Shown here piece by piece: positions 46,600 through 58,612 of a DNA stretch of 64,000 nt. The notes under the pieces were generated by a model. It did no database searches, had not been told where the DNA came from, and was given only the letters and a program-made list of their open reading frames with translations. Position numbers and translations under genes: made by a program. How positions within the stretch are numbered: the first letter of the stretch is position 1; every line of letters begins with the position of its first letter. Origin of the DNA: Cladosporium halotolerans (taxonomy: Eukaryota); assembly GCF_011745625.1 (NCBI RefSeq), contig NW_027191462.1, positions 496,001 to 560,000 of the forward strand. Reading direction: 5' to 3'.

Positions 46600-48327
46600 A
46601 TGTCCGTCGATTACCTGCTCCACGAGTCCTCTGTGGGCTATGCGATCTTCTCCGTGAAGATGCAGTCCGACACCGTCGGTGCCCGCCTGGAGGAGGTCCA
46701 GAAGGCGCACACCGACCTCGCTCTCTTCGGCAAGATGGTCCAGCTGGTCTCTTTCGCTCCCTTCCAGGGCGCCGCGCAGGCCCTTGAGAACGCCAACGAG
46801 ATTTCCGAGGGTATCATGAGCGACTACTTGAGGACCACCCTCGAGGCCAACCTGCCCAAGGGCGGCAAGAAGGAGAAGAACAAGATCACTCTCGGTGTTG
46901 GCGACAGGAACTTGGCTGGTTCCATCAAGGCCGAGTTTGCCGGCATCGAGGCCGAGACTCCCGAGACCAGCGAGATGGTCGGTGACCTCCTCCGTGGCAT
47001 CCGCCTGCACGCCGAGAAGCTCCTCAAGGGCCTCCAGATGGGCGATGTCTCCCGCGCGCAGCTTGGTCTCGGTCACGCCTACAGCAGAAGCAAGGTCAAG
47101 TTCTCCGTCCAGAAGAACGACAACCACATCATCCAGGCCATTGCGACTCTCGACCACCTCGACAAGGCCGTCAACACTTTCTCCATGAGAGTCAGAGAGT
47201 GGTACTCCTGGCACTTCCCCGAGCTCGTCAAGATTGTCTCCGACAACCAGAAGTTCGCCGCTTGCGCGCTCTTCATCGGCAACAAGACCTCGCTCAACGA
47301 CGACAGCCTCCACGAGCTCGCCGAGATCGTCGACGACGACCACAGCACCGCCCGCGCCATCATCGAGGCCGCCAAGGTCTCCATGGGTCAGGACATCTCC
47401 GAGACCGACATGGAGAACGTCATGCTCTTCGCCAAGCGCACCGTCTCCCTTGTCAAGTACCGCAAGTCGCTCTCTGCCTACCTTGTCGCTAAGATGGGCG
47501 TCGTCGCTCCCAACCTTGCCGCTCTCATCGGTGAGACCGTCGGTGCTCGCCTTATTTCGCACGCCGGTAGCTTGACCAACCTCGCCAAGTACCCGGCCTC
47601 CACCGTCCAGATTCTCGGTGCTGAGAAGGCTCTCTTCCGCGCTCTCAAGACCAAGGGCAACACCCCCAAGTACGGTCTCATCTACCACTCTTCCTTCATC
47701 GGTCGTGCTGGCATGAAGAACAAGGGTAGAATCTCGCGCTTCCTCGCCAACAAGACCTCTATCGCCTCGAGAATCGACAACTTCAGCATGCAGCCCACCA
47801 GGAAGTTCGGTGAGGCCCTGAAGGACCAGGTCGAGGAGCGTCTCCGCTTCTACGCCGACGGTGTCAATCCCACTAAGAATGAGATTGCCATGGTAAGAAA
47901 TGTCACGAATCGATTGCGATAACACAGTGATGCTAACCAGTTACAACAGAAAAACGCTATGGACGCTACCCTCGCCTCCATCAACGTCGCCGACCCGTCC
48001 ACTGCCGCTGATGAGGAGATCGAAGTCGCCGGCGTGACCGAGGCGCCGACCAAGCAGGCCGAGCGCAAGTCCAAGAAGTCCAAGAAGGACGACGAGGACG
48101 TCGAGATGGAGGACGCCGACGACGCGAAGACTGCTAAGAAGGCCAAGAAGGCCGCTAAGAAGGCTGCCGCCGAGAAGGAGGCTACCTCCGCCGGCGCCGA
48201 CGAGGTCGACGAGGAGGCTCTCAAGAAGAAGCTCAAGGCTGACAAGAAGGCCAAGAGAAAGAGCGACGCCTCCGGCGAGGTGCCTGAGGAGCAGATCAAG
48301 AAGAAGTCGAAGAAGAGCAAGGCGTAA
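46600..48327 (+). CDS. NOP56: Box C/D snoRNP protein Nop56 (556 aa)
   Basis: Exon1 46600-47892, intron 47893-47949, exon2 47950-48327. [70 protein letters not shown]-rich tail. Confidence 0.96.
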
Positions 48328-49416
48328 GCCCGATCAGTCTCTCTTCACTTTCCACTCTTGATTGGTCTTCATGTGACATTGCTCAAAAAAGGTGACCGGC
48401 GCGGAGTTTGCATGACATGGCAGCGGCGTTCCTGAGGCGTTTCTCTTTCTTGAGAAAAGACGTGTGACTGGGTTTCTGTGTGTTATACTGGGATTTGGTT
48501 CTCCGACGGCGGTTTTGTTTCATACTTGCGAGGGCAGGGCCAGCGGTTTTGCCACACCTGGCCCTTCGAGTGCCCTCCTGTAACATTGAAGAAATCATCC
48601 ACCATCAACGCTTTCAAGCGCTGGGTCAGAGGTTTGCCACGCCCTGACCCATTGTGTGTGCGATCTTGTGACATTTGAGAGATGATCTATCCTGACGGCT
48701 TGCGAGCCCGAGGCTATGGATTTCCCACGCCTGGCCTCACAGAGCGATGATCCACACTTTTGCCGCGAATTTCAATCCCGTCGCTTCTTTACATTTCCTT
48801 CACACATTCACGTTCAAGATTTGATAGTATTGATGCCAGTGAGTTACAATCCAGTGCTTGCTCGGGTTCTAGGCAAAATTGTTTTCTACTGTTAGGAAAT
48901 CTTGCTACCTGTAGTCGGTGTCTGTCTATATCGCTTGCCATCAGATCGCCCATCAGCCATGAAGCTCATCTGCCGTCTTCAGTCTCCACTTCGACACACG
49001 GGAGACCCAACCTCGTCGAATTATGAACTCCGCTCCCTTCGCTCTTCGCGCGCTCCAGCCGGTTTCCTATCGAACTTAACGCAACTTTTCGACCAATTTT
49101 GGCCGAGATCCGTTTGCAGACAGTAGCTGAGGTTGGTCACGTCTCCAGCACTAGATGCATAGGAGTCTCTGGCTCTTGCGGTCTATCCTTGCGATGGCCA
49201 ATTCGTCGCGTCCTTCTTGATGCTTTAGCCATGGACGATGGAGGAGCCAGCGGCGTCGGTCCTGACCAGGAAGGCAGAGTTTGTCCCGCCATGAGTTCGA
49301 TTGATGCGGACGGGTCCCAGAAGCCATTTTCGGCATCGGTCAATTAGGGCCGTTTGCCTTTTGGATCGAGGTGGTGAGACCAGAGTGATGTGGGTCTTTT
49401 CCTTCCCAATTTCGCC

Positions 49417-49565
49417 GGTACGTCGCGAATTCGTAACTTCGATCCAGAACGGTATGTATATAGGCCGGATCTAGTGACGAGAGGTACGTCGCGAATTCAT
49501 CGCTTCGTGATGGAGGTTTTGTATATAAGTCGGATTGATGGACGATGTGTGGTACGTCCGGAGTT
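49417..49565. repeat. Degenerate tandem array of a 66-68 bp unit, each full unit containing TGTATATA
   Basis: GGTACGTCGCGAATTC exact at 49417 and 49483; GGTACGTC again at 49551. Both full units contain TGTATATA..CGGAT..GACGA. Confidence 0.75.
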
Positions 49566-50988
49566 TTGCAGAGGAATTGAGAGTAGAGAAGGCGTTTTAA
49601 ATGGATTTATGCACTGTATTGTTTGTGCTGAGGTAAAGTCCCTGCGACCATGTGGGTATCTATTGACGGCGCTTCACCTCTGCTCTTTGTTGGCCGCTTG
49701 ACGATCAATAGAATCTGGCGCACGGGTTTTACGCTTGACTGCATATGATACAAGCAAACACGCAACGCTGTCAGGGTTGTTTCCTGGTATTCACAATGGA
49801 GTTTTGCAGCACGATCGCGATAGCGTTGTCTTCCACGAGAAATCATAGCCGAGCAATCGTGCCATTTTCTTTGCCTCATCCGGGTTCAGTGACCAGATAG
49901 ACCTGCAAGTATGGCCTAAGCAAAGAATTTACGTCTAAAAGCCAGATCTGTGCAAGACAGCCCTGCTGTAGAGGCAATCATTCATAAAGTCACACGTAGC
50001 ACTATACTGTGAGGATGCTTGGAGGTTACTCGTCTGCAAGAATGTAGCCCAGATTCGTAGGCGGCTGTAGGCAGCTCGGATTGAATCCGAGGCGCTCCAC
50101 TTCGGTCGCTTTCCTCGCGTTCTTCGCTTCTTCGCCTCCCTGGGTACAGGATGCAATCGCCGGAGTCACGACACTCTGATCACGATAATGCAAGACTATC
50201 GTTCACTATCTCTGCTGGGGATCCCATGGTCTTCGATCTGATCGTATCTTGGTGCATGTAAAGGCATCCTCAGAGCGAGAGACCAGGTGGTTCATAATGT
50301 GCCGCGAGCCGATCTGAGCGTTCTTCAGGAGGCAGATGGACTGAATCATGGCCAATGAGACGTACGGAAAGCAGCTACATGCTCGTTGCAAGTTGTGGCG
50401 AGGTCCATGAGCATATGTTGCCCCTAAATGAACGCCATGCTAGGAAGGCCAAGACGGTTTCCGTTGTCCGTGCTGAGGGCTGCCAATGTTGACGTGGAAC
50501 CGACAATCGGCCAACATGGGACGCCTGCATCTATGGCAGAGATTGTAGGGAAAAACAGTGCAGACGGTCTCATATCACGCACCAGCTGCCTCTCGAGGTC
50601 AGAAGAGAAGAGGAAGTGAAGTCGGGACAAGGGAGCACGCGCCGTGTGCAACACGGCGGGCGTCGTCATGCGGGGGCGCAAGTCGGGTCTGGCGGCGCAT
50701 TTGTTGCGCTGCTTCCTCCAGCTTGCATACGCAGGCCACTCACTCAGCCTCATCACGGACCCCGTTACCCGGGAACCCTAATAGTAATAATTTCCTGTTG
50801 CCTTTCTAGTCTATTGTGCAGCTCTCTTGTGTGAAGCTCGCGGATGGCCCGGCAATGTTGCTTTGACTAAGACAAGCTAAGTACAAGACAAGAATCCACA
50901 GCTTCAAGCAAACACACTGGCCAAGCCACCCGTCTACATACATTAATCGCTCCCCTGAGCGGCCAGCCGCAAGCGAGCATACTCCAAC

Positions 50989-53504
50989 ATGGCCAGCCAC
51001 GGACGAGGAATGAGCGCGACCTTCATACCTGGGGCGCCAGGCGACGATTACTATCAACCGGCACCCCCAGAGTTGGTCGCGCCAGAACCGCAGAGGTACA
51101 GACCGCCCACTAGTCCTCGACCTCGAGTGGAATGTTTTTGTACTAACAAACGTGGTTTCGCAGGCACATGCCGGAGATGTCCAACCAAATCCAACATGGC
51201 CTCCAGAACCTCAATCTAGCAAGCCGCGACTCGTTCAATTCGATAGCCTCGTCCCGGCAAACATACGGATACGGCCAGCTAGGCAGTCCGAACGAAGTGC
51301 CGCACCTTTCGCCCTTTCCGAAGCTGGTCAACCCAGGACCCAATGTCCCTCCCTCGGACGAAGAGCTCGAAGCGACCTTGGAGAATGCACGAGCCCTGGT
51401 CCTCGGGGCAAACGACCCGGAGATGCAACTCGCGTGGGCAGCAGACGCCTTGATTTATGTCGGTGTTTGCGTGGACAACGAAGACCGGATAGCAGCAATC
51501 AAGCCGCAATCGGCGAGATCGTCCACCCCGCGAATCGAGCACCAGTTGAAGACGGACGCCATGAACATCGTCTCTTTCCTCGCGGATCAACACCACCCAA
51601 AAGCTGAGTTTCTGCGGGGCATGTGGCTAGAGTGGGGCAGATTTGGGCAAAGAGAAGACAAGAAGGAGGCGTTCAGATGCTACTCAAGAGCAGCGGATAG
51701 AGGATATGCAAGAGCCGAGTACAGGATTGGCATGCTTTACGAATCGTACAATGATCCTGTGAAGGCTTTGAGGCATTATCACCGAGGTGTAGACGCTGGA
51801 GATGCGGCATCTTGCTACAGACTCGGAATGATGACTTTGAGAGGTCAGCACGGCCAGCCACAGGACTACGGCAAGGCGATTGATTTGATCAAGCATTCTG
51901 CTGCGGTCGCAGATGAGAATGCAGCACAAGGCGCTTATGTATACGGCATGCTGCTTGCGAGACAGCTTCCGCAGGTTGATGTACCGGATACATATCTACC
52001 ATTTGACGAACGGCAGGCGCGGATCAATATTGAGAAAGCTGCCTACCTCAAATTCGCAAAAGCTCAGCTCAAGATGGGCTCGGCTTACGAGCTGGGATCC
52101 TTGGGCTGTGATTTTAATCCGTCCTTGTCGATGCACTACAACGCGCTCGCTTCGAAGCAGGGAGAGGCTGAGGCTGATATGGCGCTCAGTAAGTGGTTCC
52201 TCGTCGGCTCGGAGGGAGTTTTGGCGAAGAACGAGGAGCTGAGTTACATCTACGCTCAGCGAGCAGCACACACTGGACTTGCGACCGCCGAGTTCGCGCT
52301 AGGATACTTCAATGAGATTGGAATGTATGTACCGGTCGATTTGGAAAAGTCAAGAGAATGGTACGAGAAGGCCTCCAAACACGGGAATGCCGACGCAAAG
52401 GGGCGGCTCGATGCTCTTGCACGCAAACAAGTGCTTTCTCGGAAAGACCACGACAACATTGCCGTCAAGAGAATCACATCGATGTACGGTTCGAAGCGTG
52501 GTGGTCGCCCGCAACGATTTACACAGCCCCATCAGCCTTCACCTCTTGCCGATTCGCCTTCCGACGATGCTTCCGTATACAGTCAGAGCCCAGCAACGCC
52601 GGCGCCGGCGCCGCCACTCAACGTGCGAATGCCATCTGCACCTCCGCTTACCACGCCTTATCCCATGGACGATGGGCCTCCGCCAGCTGGGAGAGCACCA
52701 TCAGTGGCTCCATACCCATTAGAAGACGGTCCACCCAGGCAGAGGGTTGGCCCTGCGGTGCCCCTTTACAATGCTCCGCCGCCGCAACCCCGTCCAGTGA
52801 CCGCCCTCAATCCAGACCTAAGACCAAGCAGTGCCTTCCAGATCAACCCTGAGATCCGCGCCAATTCGACAATGTCCGTTCCGCAGCTGCATTATCAACA
52901 ACCACTGCCCGGCGGACGAGGCTACCCACCCTCCGGATACCCTCCAAATGGCGTTCCACAAATGCGTCCCGCGACTACCTTACCCCCCAACGACCCACGC
53001 GGCCGCTACGGCCCAGCACCAACAGGCCAGCGCATAGTCTCCGGCCCAGCAGGCATTCCAAACGGCAACCCACGCCCAGGCCCCTCAGCATCTGTGCCAC
53101 CGCCCCAATCGCAAACCCCCCAAGTCGACATTGGCTACTCCGCGCCGCACGACGACCGCCGCCGCCAGTACGGCCCCAGACCCAGCGGCGGCAATGCCGG
53201 GCCAGGAGCGTCTCCCGCCATGGGCAATTCGCCCTCGATGCCCGCTTTGGACCCTACTCCGAAACCCTCAGCGCCGCCTGGCAGAGCTTCGGCGCCCTCA
53301 TCACGCCCTAGCTCGCGGCCTCCCACTGATCTCCCTGGCCGCAAGCCTGTGACCTTGACGGATGGCCCTGCGCCAGCTTCGAAGCCTACAACGCCAACGC
53401 CAGCGGCAAAGCCGGCTGCTAAGCCGCCGGGCAAAGGCCCGAAGACTTTCGAGGAGATGGGCGTGCCACAGCATAAGCAGGAAGGCGAATGTGCTGTCAT
53501 GTAG
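50989..53504 (+). CDS. Sel1-repeat chitin synthase activator (Chs4/Skt5-like) with C-terminal CaaX (815 aa)
   Basis: Exon1 50989-51095, intron 51096-51163 (GTACAG...TACTAAC...CAG), exon2 51164-53504. Multiple SEL1 repeats (AEYRIGMLYE, AEFALGYFNEIG), Pro-rich tail, ends GPKTFEEMGV...ECAVM*. Confidence 0.88.
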
Positions 53505-54057
53505 AGTTGGATGGCGGAAAGATACGGAGGTGGTCACATTGTTCCTTTCTCGCACTTCTCGTATTTCGGGAAGCTTTAAAGCTTGCAGAATGTCATCTGG
53601 AATGGCACATAGTAGCGTAGGCGTTCGACATGGTGCGATTTGTTTTGATCTGCGGGTGCATCGAGAGAATGTCAAGGGCAAAAGTTGTCGTTGGCGCGTC
53701 AGATATGTGGAAACACTGCATAGCGTCCATCAAAAATTCATAATCCCTGCTCGACAAGATTTACTTCAACCGTCAATCTCGTGTCCATAATCTAAACGAA
53801 GAGTGCTCCGAGTATGATCTTGATATTCGATGATGTCATCACTGCTAACGTTCACTTACTCCATCCACAATCGTAAATCACCCAGTATCCCGGTGTAGAT
53901 TGCACGTGATCGCACCGGCACGCTTCTTCCATCAGCAAGTCACAGTTTCAGCCAACAATCGAAACCATAAAAAGAGGACCTCTATCGAAGCCTTTCACGC
54001 ATCCAGCTCAAACCCGAATCTCCAACACCAAACAAAACAGACAGTCAACCCCACCAA

Positions 54058-54447
54058 ATGCCCCAACCCAAACCCCCCGAATCCTACCGCAAGCCCTGCA
54101 CCCTCTGCTCCACGCCCCGCGACGTCCTCGTGCGCTGCCAGATCGACCCGGCCAGCGCGGAGGAGGCCCACGTGAAGCCGGACGCCTGGCACTTCGTCTG
54201 CCCCGGCGCCTGCTGGCGGCGCGTGAGCGGCGGCGTCATCGATGGGGATCTGAAGGAGGGCAGGGAGGGGTATCGGTATGGCGGCATGTGGAAGAATAAG
54301 CATGCGGGCGTTTCGGCGAAGGTGCCGAGGAGGTTGAAGGGGAAGATGGTTAGGGGGAAGGATGAGGGTGGGGAGGAGGGAAGTGGGGAGGAGGGAAGTG
54401 GGGAGGAGGTGGAGAGGGATGGGGAGGGTGGTGGTCAATTCGTTTGA
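54058..54447 (+). CDS. Small uncharacterised 4-Cys protein (CxxC...CxxxC, YRYGGMWK) (129 aa)
   Basis: ATG in CAAA context after a CA-rich leader; KPCTLC...VLVRCQID...WHFVCPGACW...YRYGGMWKNK; acidic Gly-rich tail. Confidence 0.75.
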   Translation: MPQPKPPESYRKPCTLCSTPRDVLVRCQIDPASAEEAHVKPDAWHFVCPGACWRRVSGGVIDGDLKEGREGYRYGGMWKNKHAGVSAKVPRRLKGKMVRGKDEGGEEGSGEEGSGEEVERDGEGGGQFV

Positions 54448-54730
54448 CTGGGCGAGTTGGAGTATCATGTTTTTTGGTCGAAGAGATGATTGTTTTCTTG
54501 CAAGCATTGGGCTTCTGGGCACAACTAGGTCACGTCTTGACGCCACAGGGAGATATTGTACCATCACGACGTTCAAGAAATTGCAAAGATTGAGTAAATG
54601 AAATCAATAAGATTGTCATACGTTTATCCCCTCAAAGAACCCTACAGCGACCAACCCAACAAGACAAAAAAACGCCCAAAAGCTCTAACAACTCAACCCG
54701 CCAACAGCCACCGAGAACGACCTTTGCCCT

Positions 54731-54754
54731 TACACCTACACCTACACCTACACC
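54731..54754. repeat. (TACACC)4 microsatellite
   Basis: Read directly, downstream of the CCR4 3' end. Confidence 0.8.
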
Positions 54755-55412
54755 AATCTGAAACCACGGCAATACACTCCGCAGGAACAAACCCCCTCTC
54801 TCCCCATCCCACTAACAAAACAAGACCAATCGAACAGCAAGAACAAACGCCTGAAAATCTTCGTCCCACTACTACCTAAGGATTCAACCAACAACAAAAG
54901 AGCGCCTTCGCCTCCAGGCCTTTCCGCACACTCCGTCCCGTCCAGGTTTATTTTCTCCGCCCAATGCGATCGTTGCCATCTTATGCCCTCGCAAGCTTAC
55001 TCCAAAAGCCTCCGTAAGGGAACCGAAAAGCAGCAAGCTTCTCCCTTTCCCTTTTCCCTTCTTTCCCAGCGACACTGGTCTAGCTCCCGAGAAGTAGAAC
55101 TCCGAGACACTGGACCACGAACGCGACTCAGACGTGGTGATGAGAGCAACGGCTTCGTTTCCTTTTGCAGAAGAAGAGAGAGAAGTTTGGGAAGAAGAAA
55201 GACAAACAATCGGGCAAACTGTACACTAGCATAAGCAGGGCAAGTAAGCAAACGCAACAACAAGAAAAAGGAATGGTCCAAAGAGGAGAAAAGAGGCATG
55301 ATGACAAAAAAGCAACCCGGGTCGTGATGCGTCCGTCCGTCCGTCCGTCAGTCCTCCCCTCCGTGTGTTTCTCCGACGACGCCTCCAAACGACCAATAAA
55401 CGCCAAGTGCTC

Positions 55413-57686
55413 TCACTGCCTGCCGCTGCCCTTGCGCCCGGGCCCGAAATCCGCCTCGACCTGCTTCCGCTCCTTCTTGTTCTTGACCACGAACTCGACC
55501 CAGAGCGCCAGGTGGTCCGAGGGGAAGTGGTAGTTGGGGAAGCCGGGGACGCGCTTCATGTAGTCCGTGTCGACCTCGCCGAGCAGGCCGGCGACCTGAA
55601 GGTTGTTGGACGAGTACCAGACGTAGTCGATGACTTCTTGGAAGTCGGGCGTGTAATTTGTGAAGGGCAGCTCGCCGACGGTGCCGTAGGATGACTTGAG
55701 GCTGAAGGGATGGCTCATGCCGTTGCGCGTGAAGTCTCCGTACTGGTGCTCGCCAAGGTCAGGGTGCGAGCTTGAGAGCGAGCCCTGTGTAATTAGGTCG
55801 TACACGCCGGAGTCCAGTGTTGAGTTCATGTCCGAACAGATGATCATCGGGATGTCGAGACCATCGTTGTACTTCATTGAGGGGCCGCATTTGGGGATCT
55901 CGCGCTCGGCGCCGTCCACGCTGTCTTCGTTGGCGAAGCGGAAGACTTCCTTGTCCTTGCAGGCAGGCCACTTTGCGTATGTGTCGGAGAGCTTCTTCAG
56001 TTGCTCCATGAGAATAGCCACTTGAATCACCTTGACATCGCTGTACCACGGCTCCCAAGCGAGATGGACGTTTGTCGAAATCAGCCTTGAACCGGTCTGT
56101 CTGTTCTCCAGGAAAAGGACCACTGCGATGTGGTCTCTTGGCATGACTCTGTTGTAGACGTCGTGCTCGCCCTTCATGTCGGGCCGGTTGATCGCTTCCC
56201 TTGAGAAGATGATGAGCTGCTTATCCAAGAGGATATACTTGCTGTTCTTGTAGAACGTGGCGCAACCGTCCACGCGCTTGGCCTCCTTGTCTGCCATCGT
56301 CTGCGCGCGTGACTTCGGCCAAAAGACACCCTTGTAATCTTCAGCTGCTAGGTTCGGACGGAAGTACTCATTGTAGCTCTCAATGTCCACCTCTTGCAAA
56401 GCCACGATATCGGAGTTCCTGGCGCGCACTTCGTCCAGAATCACACCTCGTCTACGTGCCCATGTCAGGGCTTCCGAGGGTGTGTAGCCGTACGCTGCTT
56501 GCGTTGCGGCCCTGTCGCAGAGAATGTTCCAGCTGAGCACGTTGAACTTGTCGGCATCGGGCGAATCCATGTCGTTGATGGAAATCCAGACTCTGTCCTC
56601 TGGCGGCGCGGGCTGGTCGGCTTGCTCTCGCAGGTACTTGACAAGCTCTTGGGTTCCATGCTCAGCGAGGCGGTCCACGTAATCCGTTCGCATGGGGTTC
56701 CCTTCAATGCCGAGAAGCTCTAGCTGGTATAACGATCCAAGCTCGAACGGGAGGTCCGAAAGCTTGTTCTCGAAAAGCAGTAATCTCTTCAGGTTCGTAA
56801 GCATGCCGATCTCAGGAGGTAACCGATAGAGCTCGTTGAACGACAAGTCGAGGACCGTCAGATTTCTCATCTCCCCGATCTGTTCGGGTAGCCATGACAG
56901 CTTGTTGTGGTTGAAGTAAATCTTCTTAAGGAAGTTATACCGGAAGAGCGATGCTCCCATGACTTTCAATCCCTGTCCACCGAAATCTATCGCCTGCCAA
57001 ACGTTCTCTTCCTCTGGCTCATCGGTCGCTCTTCGTCTCTCGATTCGGTCGTCGGCATCTGTTCGAGTGTTGTTTGAGGGCGCGCTTCCAGGTATCCGGC
57101 TGACGTGAGGCGTAGTTCTCGCGTAATAATGCGGTCTTTCGGCGGCCGTCTTCAGCTTTTCGTACTCGCTTATTTGCTCGTTCCAATGCGCGGTAGAAGG
57201 CTTCGTGAGAGCTCCGGAGTTTGTCGGCGTTCCGTTCTGCAGGTGTGCGGGTGTGAAGTGGGGTGTGGTGTTTGATAAGGTGCTTGTAGAGATGGTGTGC
57301 TGGTGGTTAGCAAAGTTGGCGCCGTGCCCGAGACTTCCGTGGTCTTGGTGCTGGTTGTTCAGGTGGTGTCCTCCGTGCGCGTTTGCGTGGTTCTGGAAGT
57401 GCTTCGCCAGGTTCATCTGCGGCTGGTAGGCCTGATGGCCCGCGTTGCCGTTCAGCAAGCCATGGTTTTGCCTGTGGCTGCCGTGGTTGAACATGCTGTA
57501 CGGGTTGTGAGCCGGCGAGTGCGTGCCTGGCGAGCGGTTCGGCGACGGCGTGTCGATGTTGGGCTGGAACAGCCCTCTGGCGTTGCTAATCGGCGAGCCG
57601 TTGCGGTGGGAGTGCAGGTTCCTGGCGTGTTGGTTTTGGTAGAGATACTGGCCGCCGGTATGGAACCGGTTGAAACCATCTGCCAT
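55413..57686 (-). CDS. CCR4: CCR4-NOT deadenylase subunit Ccr4 (LRR + EEP nuclease, 757 aa)
   Basis: ATG at 57686 (the track start is a GTG). LRRs (LTVLDLSFNELYRLPPEIG), SWNILCD, ALQEV, DGCATFYK, FTNYTPDF...IDYVWYS, HFPSDH. Intronless. Confidence 0.96.
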   Translation of the reverse strand: MADGFNRFHTGGQYLYQNQHARNLHSHRNGSPISNARGLFQPNIDTPSPNRSPGTHSPAHNPYSMFNHGSHRQNHGLLNGNAGHQAYQPQMNLAKHFQNHANAHGGHHLNNQHQDHGSLGHGANFANHQHTISTSTLSNTTPHFTPAHLQNGTPTNSGALTKPSTAHWNEQISEYEKLKTAAERPHYYARTTPHVSRIPGSAPSNNTRTDADDRIERRRATDEPEEENVWQAIDFGGQGLKVMGASLFRYNFLKKIYFNHNKLSWLPEQIGEMRNLTVLDLSFNELYRLPPEIGMLTNLKRLLLFENKLSDLPFELGSLYQLELLGIEGNPMRTDYVDRLAEHGTQELVKYLREQADQPAPPEDRVWISINDMDSPDADKFNVLSWNILCDRAATQAAYGYTPSEALTWARRRGVILDEVRARNSDIVALQEVDIESYNEYFRPNLAAEDYKGVFWPKSRAQTMADKEAKRVDGCATFYKNSKYILLDKQLIIFSREAINRPDMKGEHDVYNRVMPRDHIAVVLFLENRQTGSRLISTNVHLAWEPWYSDVKVIQVAILMEQLKKLSDTYAKWPACKDKEVFRFANEDSVDGAEREIPKCGPSMKYNDGLDIPMIICSDMNSTLDSGVYDLITQGSLSSSHPDLGEHQYGDFTRNGMSHPFSLKSSYGTVGELPFTNYTPDFQEVIDYVWYSSNNLQVAGLLGEVDTDYMKRVPGFPNYHFPSDHLALWVEFVVKNKKERKQVEADFGPGRKGSGRQ

Positions 57687-58612
57687 CACCGGGCAGCAGA
57701 GGAGCGGAGGGAGCGACTGTCCTGGCTTGGCGCGCGCGCGGTGCTACGGCGGTGTCGGAAGAGGATGCTGCAGGTCTCAGGTGGGAGGGGGTTCTGGCCG
57801 GCGAAGTCTTCTTCGCTTGTACATGAGCACCAGCCGCGCTCGGCATAAACGACGGTCGGGGGGCGCCGCGATGCCGTGGGCGTGTCAGCCAGCAACTACG
57901 CGGGCGCGCAGGCAAAATGCGCGTGTCGAAGGGCTGGCGGCGCGGTGGGCGCGGAGCGGGAGCGCCTGGTGGGCGGGAGCGTGGTCGAGGGCGGAGCGGA
58001 GGGCGGGCGGTGGTGGATGCGCGCGGCGGCGGGGCGGATCAATGCTTGAATGGCAACCAGTACCACAAGAATAGTGAGCGGGTAGCAGGATGCTGGGGCG
58101 GCGGCGGGCGCGGCGATGGGGATGGCGAGGGCGGTATGGGAGTCGGTGGTCTGCTTGACGTCGGGCTCGTAGCTTGCTGCAAGACGGCGGCCGTGCTTGC
58201 TCGCTCTTGTCCGTCTAGCGCGCGGGCTGGCAGGTCACGTGTCGTCCCGCCACTCGCGCTACCGGGCTTATAGCAGCGCCCGCATTATCGCGAACCCTAT
58301 AGATGGCTAATACTATCGCCGCGCACGGGTGTCGCCCGTCATGGCAAGGAGATGGCTGGGATTGGCGTGCACGGCAACATGGCAAAGCGTCTGCGGATGG
58401 CGTGCTCGCGCGGCGGAGTCACAGTACAATTGATGAATTGCGCATCTGTCGTGATGAATACTACTAGCGACACGTTGCCTAAGGTAATGCTTTATCTATC
58501 GTACAGCGACCAGCAGCCATGTATTCCATCGTGCGCCTGCGCTTACCGCCGTGTGACCCGTGGGCACGGCAGTGCGCACCGAGAATAGCACCTTCCCGCC
58601 GCAATAGCCTCA

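Noticed and set aside
46432..47925. 497-aa antisense ORF over NOP56
   Set aside because: Shadow of strong C-ending codon bias on the sense strand; no recognisable domain.
49417..49565. Repeat-spacer-repeat pattern resembling a mini CRISPR array
   Set aside because: Eukaryotic context, only 2-3 units, spacers homologous to each other, no cas genes.
50771..50785. AACCCTAA, resembling a telomerase RNA template
   Set aside because: Only 8 nt and about 200 bp upstream of the CHS4-like ATG on the same strand, leaving no room for a long telomerase RNA.
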